Assembly (NCBI GenBank): GCA_965249725.1
Contig: CBDFMQ010000002.1
Coordinates: 96,001 to 160,000 of the forward strand
DNA length: 64,000 nt
DNA from: Longimicrobiales bacterium
GTDB lineage: Bacteria > Gemmatimonadota > Gemmatimonadetes > Longimicrobiales > Gaopeijiaceae
Direction: 5' to 3'
Below, in pieces: positions 29,747 to 39,452 of this stretch. The position numbers and the translations under genes are program-made. Each line of letters opens with the position of its first letter. Positions within the stretch are counted from its first letter, which is position 1. A model generated the notes under the pieces. The model was not told where the DNA came from. It saw only the letters and a program-made list of their open reading frames with translations, and made no database searches.

Positions 29747-30414
29747 AGCGTCTCGAGCGGCTCGAAGGTCTGGAGACCCTCCTGGTACCACTGCTCGCGG
29801 GACGGATAGGTGTTCACATCGTCGATCGTGAGGCCAGCCGTCATTTCGTGCTCGTAGAGCGTCAGTGAGCCCCGTTCTTCCTCGTGCTCGGAGTGTGGGG
29901 CCTTCATGTAGATGTTGGCCTTGAATCGCTCGTCGCCGTCGACAGTAAAGGCGTTGTAGAGGTTGTTAGACGGTTCGTACTCATGACGAGTCACGTGCAG
30001 GTCCAGAACTGGATCGGCACCGTCGAGCACGTTGACCTCCATGTCCCCCTCGGTTTCGGTGAACTTGATCTCCACGTCGTTCATGTAGTGGGGGAGGTGC
30101 CAGCGCTCGATGGCGTGGAGTCGAGAGGCTTCGCTGGTGGTCCCGACCATGAACGGAAAGAACGCCGCCTTCGGAAGTGGCTTCCCGGGTTCGATCATGG
30201 GGGGGACGATCACCGCGAGTACGACCTCGCCGTACTCCCCGACCTCGCTCTCGTGGAAGTGAAACGCGGTCAGCGCGAGGATGCTGCGCTCGTGCTGCAG
30301 CTCGAGCGGTTCCAGGTGCCGGGGTAGGAGCTTGCGCGCATCCTGGGTCGGCATCTCGAAGAACGCCCCCACGCAGTGCCGAAAGCCGTAGTAGGTGTAG
30401 CCCTTATCGTCCAT
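29743..30414 (-). CDS. Acetoacetate decarboxylase (ADC)-superfamily-like protein
   Basis: ARKLLP..LEP, S.VGEYGEV, AIERWHLP pattern. Real start ATG 30414; the ORF-track extension is only the repeat. Confidence 0.65.
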   Translation of the reverse strand: MDDKGYTYYGFRHCVGAFFEMPTQDARKLLPRHLEPLELQHERSILALTAFHFHESEVGEYGEVVLAVIVPPMIEPGKPLPKAAFFPFMVGTTSEASRLHAIERWHLPHYMNDVEIKFTETEGDMEVNVLDGADPVLDLHVTRHEYEPSNNLYNAFTVDGDERFKANIYMKAPHSEHEEERGSLTLYEHEMTAGLTIDDVNTYPSREQWYQEGLQTFEPLETL

Positions 30415-30542
30415 GTATGTGCTCGCCCATATGCTCGCCGCTGGCGCGGGCAGGCTACGGAATCGTCTTGATGCCGGTTGCCGCCTGCCGTTAGCGTGTT
30501 CCAGTCGGCTGTAGTTTCTATGTTGTCCCGACCTGCAAACCC

Positions 30543-30902
30543 CCGTTGTGCTGGACCGTTGTGCTGGACCGTTGTGCCCGTTGTGCTGGACCGTTGTGCT
30601 GGACCGTTGTGCTGGACCGTTGTGCTGGACCGTTGTGCTGGACCGTTGTGCTGGACCGTTGTGCTGGACCGTTGTGCTGGACCGTTGTGCTGGACCGTTG
30701 TGCTGGACCGTTGTGCTGGACCGTTGTGCTGGACCGTTGTGCTGGACCGTTGTGCTGGACCGTTGTGCTGGACCGTTGTGCTGGACCGTTGTGCTGGACC
30801 GTTGTGCTGGACCGTTGTGCTGGACCGTTGTGCTGGACCGTCGCGCTGGACCGTTGTGCTGGACCGTCGCGCTGGACCGTTGTGCTGGATCGTCGCGCTG
30901 GA
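30543..30902. repeat. 13-bp tandem minisatellite CCGTTGTGCTGGA, 27 full copies plus one 9-bp partial
   Basis: Counted directly; three (C/T)CGTCGCGCTGGA variants alternate with perfect copies at the right end. Confidence 0.97.
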
Positions 30903-30912
30903 GGCGCCCTAC

Positions 30913-31683
30913 GTGAGAGTCCAAGGATACCTGGCCGTGGCCGTCGTCTGCTTCGGGTTCCTCGTGGCCGATCTCATTCAGCGATTCATTATCGGACCGC
31001 TGAGTTGGATGCGACCCTCTCGTAAAACGGCGATCATCAGCGCCTGGATACAGACGATGGCCTGGCTGTGCACACGGCCCATCTCGGCCATCGGCGGGGC
31101 ACACCTGCCCGTCCCTCCACAGGTTCCGTTCGAGCCCGGCGTACTCATTGTCATGAACCACCAGTCACTCTTCGACATTCCAATTCTGGTGGAATCCGCT
31201 CGGCCCGGATACCCCCGCATCCTCACGCGCAGGAGATATGCTCGCTGGATCCCGGTCATCTCGCATCTATTGCGGCTCTATCAATACCCGGTCGTGGACC
31301 CCAAAGGGAAGCCGTCCGAGATACGGGAGTCGCTCGACCGGATACGCGAAGCGGCTCGTACGTCCGAGGTGCCCATGGCCCTCTTTCCCGAGGGGACACG
31401 CACCAAGGACGGCGAGATTGGTCGGTTCAAGAAGAACGGCTTTAAGGCCATTCTCGGAGCTCGACCATGGAAGGTGTACGTCCTGGTCGTCGACGGGTTC
31501 TGGGACGTGGCGAAGTTCAAGGACTTCATCGGCGGCGTCTCGAAGCTCCGAGGCCGCTTGGAGCTGGCCGGCGTCTTGCATTGGACGGATCCCGAGGCCG
31601 ATCCTCAGCCGTTCATCGATGAGGTCCGCCAGGTGATGGTGCGCGGACTCGCCGACATGCGTGAAGGGGTGCCGGTCGCGTGA
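30913..31683 (+). CDS. plsC: Lysophospholipid acyltransferase (PlsC family)
   Basis: NHQSLFD and FPEGTR motifs; GTG start with GGAGG at 30900-30904. Confidence 0.88.
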   Translation: MRVQGYLAVAVVCFGFLVADLIQRFIIGPLSWMRPSRKTAIISAWIQTMAWLCTRPISAIGGAHLPVPPQVPFEPGVLIVMNHQSLFDIPILVESARPGYPRILTRRRYARWIPVISHLLRLYQYPVVDPKGKPSEIRESLDRIREAARTSEVPMALFPEGTRTKDGEIGRFKKNGFKAILGARPWKVYVLVVDGFWDVAKFKDFIGGVSKLRGRLELAGVLHWTDPEADPQPFIDEVRQVMVRGLADMREGVPVA

Positions 31684-32621
31684 ACTCCTCCTCTCCAGGC
31701 GCCGCCGAGTTGGCCACGGCTCTGGTCGGTGTCTCGGATTCCTCGGTCCATGTGATCCTCCTCTATGGATCCCACCTGACCGATGCGAGCCCCGACCGCC
31801 ACAGCGCGTTCGACTTCATCGTGGTGGTGGACGACTACGCGTCGTTCTACTCGGCACTCAGTGACGCCGACGAGCTGCATCGCCCACCCTGGCTGATGAC
31901 GAGGATGGCCCAGATGCTTGCGCCCAACGTGATCGTGTTCGCGCCCGATGAGGGGTCGGCGGGGATCGCGAAGTGTGTCATCGTAAGCCGGGATCATCTG
32001 GCCAGCGCCCTGGGGCCTCGACCGCCGGATCATTTTCTGCTGGGGCGCATGGTCCAACGGATGGGCAACGTGTACGCGGCCAGCCCGAAGGACGAAGAAT
32101 GGATTGATGCACAGCTGGCTGGAGCACGAAGCCGGGTGCTCGAGTGGATGCTCCCTTATATGAACGCCCCCGTCGACGCAGCAGGGTTCGGCCGTCGCCT
32201 GTTGGAGGTGTGTTATCAGGGTGAACTCCGCCCCGAGTCCAGGGGTCGGTCCGATCGAGTCTACGACGCCCAGGCGGACCACTTTCGGGAGCAATTTCGC
32301 TCCGTGTTGGTGCGGGGCGAAGAGGAGGGGACTCTGCTCCGAGACGGCGAGCACTTCGTGCTGGCGGCTCCCGTGCCGGACCGTATCCGTCGGCGATGGC
32401 GTTCCCACTTCCGACGCTCCAAGGTTCGCGCGACTCTGCGTTGGTTCAAGCACACGATCACGTTCGCGAATTGGCTTCCCTACGTCGTCCGGAAGGTGGA
32501 GCGCCACACGGGTCGCCCGGTCCACTTGACTGCCCTCGAACGGAAGTTGCCGCTTATCTTCCTGTGGCCGCGTGCCATCAAGGTGCTGCTGACTCGTCCC
32601 CCGCGAGAGATCACGAAATGA
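31680..32621 (+). CDS. Nucleotidyltransferase, probably a Tam41/Mmp37-like phosphatidate cytidylyltransferase
   Basis: LYGS...AFDFIVVVDD NTase motif, AKCVIVS, LLGRM; coupled between plsC and a CDP-alcohol transferase. Confidence 0.6.
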   Translation: MNSSSPGAAELATALVGVSDSSVHVILLYGSHLTDASPDRHSAFDFIVVVDDYASFYSALSDADELHRPPWLMTRMAQMLAPNVIVFAPDEGSAGIAKCVIVSRDHLASALGPRPPDHFLLGRMVQRMGNVYAASPKDEEWIDAQLAGARSRVLEWMLPYMNAPVDAAGFGRRLLEVCYQGELRPESRGRSDRVYDAQADHFREQFRSVLVRGEEEGTLLRDGEHFVLAAPVPDRIRRRWRSHFRRSKVRATLRWFKHTITFANWLPYVVRKVERHTGRPVHLTALERKLPLIFLWPRAIKVLLTRPPREITK

Positions 32622-33352
32622 GAACGGACTTCATGGTCCTCTTGTTCATCCTCGGTATTGCCGTGGCCTCGATGCCCGTCTACGCCCTGAGTGCCGCGCG
32701 TAGGTCGGGTGATCCTCACGAAGTCGCGAACCGGGGGAGCTTCGCGCTTGGGGGTTTCGTGCGGAGTTGGTTCTTCTGGTTCGTCCGGCCGATCGAGGTC
32801 GTGTCCCTGGCGCTGGGACTCTCTCCCACCGCGTTCAATATCCTGGGTGTCGCATTCGGCGTCGGTGCCGGCGTGAGCTTCGGCCTCGGATACGTGAATC
32901 TCGGTGGTTGGGGTGTGCTCATGGGTGGCGTGGCGGACGTGATGGACGGCCGCATCGCACGTGCCCGTGGCATTGCCGATCAACGGGGGGCCTTTCTCGA
33001 CTCGACTCTCGATCGCTTCGCCGAGGTGGGTGCGTTCGTCGGTCTGGCTGTGCTTTTCAGCGATTCGACCTTGGCGTTGTCACTGACCGTTGCCGCCCTG
33101 GGCGGCTCCCTGTTGGTGAGCTACGCCCGGGCCCGCGGCGAGAGTCTGGGCGTGCTGTGCAACCTGGGTGTGATGCAGCGGGCGGAACGATTGATGCTGA
33201 TCGGCTTCGGAGGCATCCTGGATCCGGCCGTCAGCGCGTGGGCCGGATGGGCTCCCGGTACGCTGCTGATCGGCCTCGTTGCAATCGTCGCGGTCGGGAC
33301 CGTGGGCACAGCCGTGTTCAGGACCGTGTGGATCGCCAAACGACTGGCTTAA
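32618..33352 (+). CDS. CDP-alcohol phosphatidyltransferase
   Basis: DVMDGRIARA...GAFLDSTLDR signature; SYARARGE, QRAER; ATGA overlap. Confidence 0.92.
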   Translation: MRTDFMVLLFILGIAVASMPVYALSAARRSGDPHEVANRGSFALGGFVRSWFFWFVRPIEVVSLALGLSPTAFNILGVAFGVGAGVSFGLGYVNLGGWGVLMGGVADVMDGRIARARGIADQRGAFLDSTLDRFAEVGAFVGLAVLFSDSTLALSLTVAALGGSLLVSYARARGESLGVLCNLGVMQRAERLMLIGFGGILDPAVSAWAGWAPGTLLIGLVAIVAVGTVGTAVFRTVWIAKRLA

Positions 33353-33454
33353 GCGACTAGCGGCGACCGCGACCTGGCCCGAGTGGAGCGGGATTACAGT
33401 CCCCGTCCACCGGACCAGGCCGCTCGGGCAAGGCCGCTGTCCTGCCTCTTCCAC

Positions 33455-34615
33455 TCAGTGCCTGACCACCTCGACGCGGGCGAACACGCCCACATGGTCG
33501 GAGGGCTTCAGGCCGGTCACCGCCTCATCGGCTTCCAGGTTTCCCGTGATCGCGAAGTTCACAACGTTGACGTCCAGGTCCCGGGTTCCCCGGGCCATCA
33601 CGTAGTCGATTCGCTCGAACAGGCCGCCCGCCCGCAGATCCGGATCGAAGCAGCAGGTATATCCGGGCAGAGACCCACGGGCCATGGGGCTCGTCTGAGC
33701 GTCCTCGAAGCCCGCGTTTAAGAGAATCGGATACGTCGCCGTACTTGCCGCGTCCGGCAGGGCATTCAGGTCGCCCATCAGGATCGCCGGGGCTGAGACG
33801 CCCGACAGCATCCCGATCAGCTCGGCGGCCTGCGACTCCTGGGTGGTGGGACCGGTTTCGTCCGTCTCGAGGTGCGTATTGACGACGTGGAACGGCTGCC
33901 CGTCGATCATGAGATCGACCCGGTTCCAGCCTCGCCGAATGGTCATCGGCGACCCACCGCCCACCGGAATGGAGACGTTCAGGGCGAAGTTGTTCGAGGT
34001 CTCGCCGATGATCTGGATATCGCCCCGCACGAGCATGACGTCGTGGTCGGTCCAGCGAACGTCGACCAGGCCCTCGTGCGTGACGGCGGGGAACTCGATG
34101 TCGGTGTTCTCGACCACCGAGGCGATCGTGTAGTCGAGGCCCCTGTTTCGCATCGCGTCCAAGAGGATCATCAGGTAGTCGAACTCGACCACTGTGGCTC
34201 TTGTCGGATTCCCCACCAGGAAGTCTCCCGGATTCTGGCTTCGGAACTTCGCGACCTCCTGCAGGCCGATCACATCAGGGCGTGTGCTCTGGATTTCCCG
34301 TGCTATGGCGTCCGCCCTTGCCGGAAAGTCGTTCAGGACGATCCGGTTCCAGGCCTCTCCGACCGCCGAGGGAATCTGCTCGGGGGCGCTCGCGCTCATG
34401 ATGGGTGTGAGGTCCGCTCCGAGGTACAGGTTGCGTGACATGACGGTGATGGTGCGGACGGGCGGTGGAGGCGGAGGCGGAGGCGTGGGCTCCTGCTCGA
34501 CGAACTCTTCCTCCTCCGGAAGAACGTCGTCCTCGACACTGACCGGATTGCGATCGCACGCTACAGCGGCGAAGGCCAAAGAAGCGATGGCTGTGATGGT
34601 GAGTAGCGACCTCAT
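33455..34615 (-). CDS. EEP-family lipoprotein
   Basis: Lipobox AVAC, poly-Pro linker, SRNLYLGAD, GLQEV, NTHLE, GDLN, RIDY, PSDH. Confidence 0.88.
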   Translation of the reverse strand: MRSLLTITAIASLAFAAVACDRNPVSVEDDVLPEEEEFVEQEPTPPPPPPPPVRTITVMSRNLYLGADLTPIMSASAPEQIPSAVGEAWNRIVLNDFPARADAIAREIQSTRPDVIGLQEVAKFRSQNPGDFLVGNPTRATVVEFDYLMILLDAMRNRGLDYTIASVVENTDIEFPAVTHEGLVDVRWTDHDVMLVRGDIQIIGETSNNFALNVSIPVGGGSPMTIRRGWNRVDLMIDGQPFHVVNTHLETDETGPTTQESQAAELIGMLSGVSAPAILMGDLNALPDAASTATYPILLNAGFEDAQTSPMARGSLPGYTCCFDPDLRAGGLFERIDYVMARGTRDLDVNVVNFAITGNLEADEAVTGLKPSDHVGVFARVEVVRH

Positions 34616-34828
34616 GGTGTCCTCCTTATTCGTTGATGACGGCGGACTGTCCCGCCCTCATCGAAGGATGCCATGGGCCTCGACCTGATTGGATACGACA
34701 TAGTACGTAGTAGGACGTACGGATGACGTAGGCCTTTACGCGTGCATGAATGTGCGCTTTGATTGTATCTTGCTCGGCTTGTACACAGGATTTCTAGCCG
34801 AAGACTTGGTCGAAGAGGGGATGGGAAC

Positions 34829-37468
34829 ATGGGTGTAGGTCGGTACATCACAGCTTTCGTGGTCGTTTTGACGGCAACAGGCTTATCCACGAGTGCGCTC
34901 GCGGCTCAGGGCACTCTTCAGAGAGCCTCAGCGACTCGCGTCGAGGGGCGAGCGCCCACGATAGACGGCGTGCTGGACGATGAGGCCTGGAGTGCGGCAG
35001 ATCTGATCTCCGATTTCACCCAGAAGGTGCCGGTCGAAGGGGCTGAGCCGTCGGACGCCACAGAAGTCCGGATGATCTACGACGACGATGCTCTGTACAT
35101 CGGCGCCCGCATGTATCACTCGGACCCCGCGAATATCCGCACGACCCTTACGCGTCGTGACGGAGAGAGCGATGCCGAGCGGCTGATCTTCGCCTTCGAC
35201 TCGTATCACGACCGGCGTACGGCCTACAGTTTCGGCGTTTCGGCGGCGGGTGTGCGCTTCGACATGTACCATCCCGACGACCGCACCTCCGGGGAGACCC
35301 AATTCGACCCCGTATGGGTGACACGCGTGACGATCGATTCGCAGGGGTGGATGGCCGAATTGCGTATCCCGTTCAGCCAGCTTCGGTTCAACGCGGCGGA
35401 TCCTCAGGTGTGGGGGATGGAGATCACCCGCTATGTGCCGGAACGCAACGAAGAGATCCAGTGGGCGTTGATCCCGGTCTCTCGTGCCCAAGCCGGTTAT
35501 GCATCGCAGTTCGGCGAGCTTCACGGGATCTCGGGCGTTCGACCCACCCGAAGGGTCGAGATTCTCCCCTACATAGCGGGCGATCTGACCCTCGAGTCGG
35601 ATGTCGACACGGCAGATCCGTTCGACCAGAAAACACGGACTCGGGTAGGCGCCGACGTGAAGATGGGCCTGGGGCCCAACCTGACGCTCGATCTCACCGT
35701 CAACCCGGACTTCGGGCAGGTGGAGGCGGACCCCGCCGAGGTCAACCTGACGGCGTTCGAGACGTTCTTCCCGGAACGCAGACCCTTCTTCATCGAGGGG
35801 AACGGAATGCTGGACGGTCGCCAAGGGTATGTTCCGCTTCCGAAGTGGTATTACTCTCGTAGGGTCGGTGCGGCGCCCCACGCTCGTGCCGATGGCGACT
35901 ACGTGAAGACGCCTGCCAGCACGACGATTGCGACGGCAGCCAAGGTGACCGGACGACTCGCTTCAGGCATGTCCGTGGGGGCGCTCCTGGGATTCACGCC
36001 GCGCGAACAGGCCAAGAGCTACGATCTCGGCTCGGGCCAGACCTCGGTGGTGCCCGTCGAGCCCGGTTCGGCATACGGAGTGATCCGGCTCCAGAAGGAG
36101 ATCGGCCCGCAGCAGTCGGCCGTCGGCCTCGCGATGACCACCACGAGAAGACGCTTCGAGGACGGCGACCCGCTTGCGGACCTGCTGGTCCGGTCGGCCT
36201 TCTCGGGTGGGTTGGACGGCAAGTTGCGCGTCAAGGACGGAATGTACGAGTTCACGGGTTTCGCCGGTGGGAGTCGGGTCGAGGGCAGCCCTGAGGCCCT
36301 GGAACGGCTTCAGTTCTCGTCGGCGCGGTACTACCAGCGGCCCGACCAGGACTATGTGACGTACGACCCGCTTATGACCTCCATGACTGGGTACAGTGCT
36401 GCCGTTCGTGCCGACAAGAATGCGGGAAGGCGGCACGTGTGGGGCATCGGCTTCACGGCGCGGTCTCCCGGCTTCGAGATCAACGACGTGGGACAGATGC
36501 GTTCCGCCGACGATCTCGACTTCAACTGGGACTTCCAGTTTCGCGATACCCAGCCGGGCCCCCTCTTCCGCTTCTGGAACATCGGTCATTCGAACCGAAA
36601 TGGGTGGTCGTACGGCGGAGTCCGACAACACTCGAACTTCAACCAGAGTGTCAGAGTCGAGTTCCACAATTTTTGGTCTCTCCGGTACTCGACGAATCGC
36701 ACGGTCCGAGGCATGAGCGATGTCTTGACCCGGGGTGGGCCACTGATGGGTACGGCGAGCGGTTGGCGATACGACGCTCGCCTCAGTGGAAATCCGGGTG
36801 CTCGGATCTCGTGGAATACGCACTTCCAGTACCACACGGACGAATTCGGTGGATGGGGGAGGGAGTTGGAGGGTGGGCTCCAGTTCCGGCTCGCCCCACG
36901 CTGGCAGGCGTCCGTCAACCTGGCGTACGAGGAGAGAGTGGACTCCAGGCAGTACGTGACGACCCGCGACGACGGTCGCGCCGTAACGTACGGGAATCGC
37001 TACATCTTCTCGTACATCGAGCGCTCCGAGCTATCCGCGCCCCTGCGGCTTGACTACTCGTTCACCCCGGATCTCACCGTGGAGCTTTGGGCTGAGCCGT
37101 TCGCGGCGAGCGGCCGATTCTTCGACTTCGGGGAGCTGCCCGCTCCTCAGGCCAGACACCTTCGGACGTATGGTACCGACGGGCCGACAATCGCGACGCA
37201 GTCCGACGGGTCGCACTTGGTCACGGACGGGGCAACCAGCTTCACGATCGACAACCGCGACTTCAACCGACTGTTCCTACGGTCCAATCTGGTCGTGCGG
37301 TGGGAGTGGGCTCCGGGAAGCACCTTGTATCTGATCTGGCAGCAGAACCGGTCCGAGTTCGCGAGCACGGGCGAGCTGATCGGGGTGGGCTCACTCGGCG
37401 ACGCGATCACGGCGCCGGGTGACAACTTCTTCGCCATCAAAGCGAGCTATTGGCTAGGGCTCAGATAG
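34829..37468 (+). CDS. DUF5916 / CBM9-like (DOMON) outer-membrane protein
   Basis: PTIDGVLDDEAW, AELRIPFSQLRF, NPDFGQVEAD, FFPERRPFFIEG. Confidence 0.85.
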   Translation: MGVGRYITAFVVVLTATGLSTSALAAQGTLQRASATRVEGRAPTIDGVLDDEAWSAADLISDFTQKVPVEGAEPSDATEVRMIYDDDALYIGARMYHSDPANIRTTLTRRDGESDAERLIFAFDSYHDRRTAYSFGVSAAGVRFDMYHPDDRTSGETQFDPVWVTRVTIDSQGWMAELRIPFSQLRFNAADPQVWGMEITRYVPERNEEIQWALIPVSRAQAGYASQFGELHGISGVRPTRRVEILPYIAGDLTLESDVDTADPFDQKTRTRVGADVKMGLGPNLTLDLTVNPDFGQVEADPAEVNLTAFETFFPERRPFFIEGNGMLDGRQGYVPLPKWYYSRRVGAAPHARADGDYVKTPASTTIATAAKVTGRLASGMSVGALLGFTPREQAKSYDLGSGQTSVVPVEPGSAYGVIRLQKEIGPQQSAVGLAMTTTRRRFEDGDPLADLLVRSAFSGGLDGKLRVKDGMYEFTGFAGGSRVEGSPEALERLQFSSARYYQRPDQDYVTYDPLMTSMTGYSAAVRADKNAGRRHVWGIGFTARSPGFEINDVGQMRSADDLDFNWDFQFRDTQPGPLFRFWNIGHSNRNGWSYGGVRQHSNFNQSVRVEFHNFWSLRYSTNRTVRGMSDVLTRGGPLMGTASGWRYDARLSGNPGARISWNTHFQYHTDEFGGWGRELEGGLQFRLAPRWQASVNLAYEERVDSRQYVTTRDDGRAVTYGNRYIFSYIERSELSAPLRLDYSFTPDLTVELWAEPFAASGRFFDFGELPAPQARHLRTYGTDGPTIATQSDGSHLVTDGATSFTIDNRDFNRLFLRSNLVVRWEWAPGSTLYLIWQQNRSEFASTGELIGVGSLGDAITAPGDNFFAIKASYWLGLR

Positions 37469-37475
37469 GACTCTC

Positions 37476-38507
37476 ATGAAACTGCATGCGAAACTGCACG
37501 GGATCTTCACACCGATAGCGACCGCCGCGGTATTGTCCTCGGGCATAATGGCGTGCGCACCGCCGGCGGAGCAGTCGTCCGGAATCGACCACGACATGCT
37601 CCAGGGCACCTGGCAGATCATGACCATCGAGAACCTGGAGACCGGAGAGGTGGACCGGATCGGGGATCGACGGACGATCTGGACTCAGTACACCGACTCC
37701 TTCTGGACCTACGTTTGGATGGACCCGGGCCGTGAGGGGAGGACACCCGCAGATTTCGCCCAACTCTCGCCCGACGAGCAGTACCGGGAGAACCGCGCCA
37801 AGATGTGGAACGAAGATGAGGAGTGGCGCTTCTGGGGGAGCGGCGGGACGTATGAGCTCGATGGGAACCGGATGGACTATACGAACGTCGTGTCCATCGA
37901 GCCGTATCAGGTCGAGATGGGCGGGGTTGAAGAGATCATCTACGTCAACGACACCGCCTACGCCTACCACACGGTGCCGCGAGACGGTGAGCCTGTGCGC
38001 GAATTCACGCATCGTCGCCTCGACACCATGGGAGTCCTCCCCACCACCCGCCAGGGCGACATCGACCCCGCCGACCTACGAGGCAACTGGCAGGTCATGT
38101 CCACGAGGCACATGGGCACCGGTGAGGTGGAGCAGATCGCACCGCATCGGACCAACTGGTTCCACGTGACCGACACGCACTGGACCTACGTCTGGATGGC
38201 GAAGGGTAGGGACGTGGTCACTCCGGACCAGCTGGCCCAGATGGACCCGGAGGAGCGTATCGCCGTCCAGTACGCCAAGATCTGGAACGAGCGCCACCGG
38301 CCCGTTTTCTGGGCCAGTGGCGGGACGTACACGATCGAGAACCAGGCCTTTGTCGTCGGTCCGAGGGATATGTCGATCGAGCCCTGGATGATCGGGGTGG
38401 AGGGCGAGGAACCGATCAGTCAGCTCGATCGATACACTTACGTGTATCTGTCCCCGCCACGGGCCGATGGCTCCGTGACGGAGACGACACACAGACGGCT
38501 GGACTGA
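37476..38507 (+). CDS. Lipoprotein with two tandem lipocalin-like repeats
   Basis: Lipobox IMAC; internal duplication LQGTWQI/LRGNWQV, WTYVWM x2, FW.SGGTY x2, SIEP x2, THRRLD x2. Confidence 0.75.
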   Translation: MKLHAKLHGIFTPIATAAVLSSGIMACAPPAEQSSGIDHDMLQGTWQIMTIENLETGEVDRIGDRRTIWTQYTDSFWTYVWMDPGREGRTPADFAQLSPDEQYRENRAKMWNEDEEWRFWGSGGTYELDGNRMDYTNVVSIEPYQVEMGGVEEIIYVNDTAYAYHTVPRDGEPVREFTHRRLDTMGVLPTTRQGDIDPADLRGNWQVMSTRHMGTGEVEQIAPHRTNWFHVTDTHWTYVWMAKGRDVVTPDQLAQMDPEERIAVQYAKIWNERHRPVFWASGGTYTIENQAFVVGPRDMSIEPWMIGVEGEEPISQLDRYTYVYLSPPRADGSVTETTHRRLD

Positions 38508-38560
38508 CGAGACGCGTCAGGGCCGAGGTCCGCCGGACCTAGTCCAGATCTAGTCCAGAC

Positions 38561-39364
38561 CTAGGTGATCATCTCGGCCGGCAGTTCTCTCTCGGTCACT
38601 CTGCCGCCGACCATGCTGACGTAGTAACACTTGGCGTCCGGACGGGTGTGTACGACCCGTTCGACCTCGTTGTCCACGAAGTAGATGCCGGCGTCATTGT
38701 CGCACGCATACCCGGGCTGCATCTCGCCGGACCCGATCTTCCTATGGTATGTGGGCCTGCGGTTTGCCTCCCCATCGTAGTGCGGAGAGTGGCTGCCCTT
38801 CAGGAATCCGAGGCACTTCACCGTCGTGAGTTCAATGGGCCTGGAGTCTGTGGTTCCCTCGTCGAACCAGCACAATGATCCGGCGCTGGCGCCTCCCAGC
38901 ACGATCCCGCGGTCCCAGGCCTTCTGGAGCACCTCATCGATCCCGTGGGCTTTCCAGATCACCTGTTGATTCAGCGTGTTTCCGCCGGAGACCACGATGC
39001 CGTCCATGGACAGCAGCACCTCTTCCCACGTCTGCTTCATCCGATTGCTGTTGATGAAGCTCGCTTGCCAGTGGGGCTCGACGTTGAGCGGTGCGCAGTT
39101 CTGGAAGAACCTGAGATTGCCTGATTCACGGTCCGCCGAAGCCGTGGGCAGATAGCAGATTCTCGGTCTCTCCTTGCCGGTAAGCTCGGCCATGTACTTG
39201 ATGAAGGTCGTACCGAACCCGCCGCCCGCGATCAGGATCTTCCGGTTGCGGTTCTGCGCAACCGGCTTGATCCCGGCGATCTCGAGCCCGCTTATCGACA
39301 AATCGCCTGTCTTGAGGCCGACCGAACCCAGTGCGGAGGCGGCCAAGAACTCTCTTCTCTTCAT
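38561..39364 (-). CDS. pepE: Peptidase E (S51) with Tat-like signal
   Basis: MKRREFL; LPTAS, GGNTLN, GASAG, SPHYDGE. Confidence 0.9.
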   Translation of the reverse strand: MKRREFLAASALGSVGLKTGDLSISGLEIAGIKPVAQNRNRKILIAGGGFGTTFIKYMAELTGKERPRICYLPTASADRESGNLRFFQNCAPLNVEPHWQASFINSNRMKQTWEEVLLSMDGIVVSGGNTLNQQVIWKAHGIDEVLQKAWDRGIVLGGASAGSLCWFDEGTTDSRPIELTTVKCLGFLKGSHSPHYDGEANRRPTYHRKIGSGEMQPGYACDNDAGIYFVDNEVERVVHTRPDAKCYYVSMVGGRVTERELPAEMIT

Positions 39365-39452
39365 GATCCCTTCCTTCCTTTCGTGTTGCCTGAGCCCACT
39401 GGCCGAGGCGGGATCCACCACCGCCTGACCTGACGACGTTCTTCATGCGCTT

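Noticed and set aside
30543..30902. CRISPR array
   Set aside because: Units are 13 bp, contiguous, with no spacers, and there are no cas genes.
30478..30912. Cys-rich repeat N-terminus of PlsC and repeat-extended N-terminus of the ADC-like gene
   Set aside because: The frames are open only because the repeat lacks stops; plsC has a GTG with a good RBS after the repeat.
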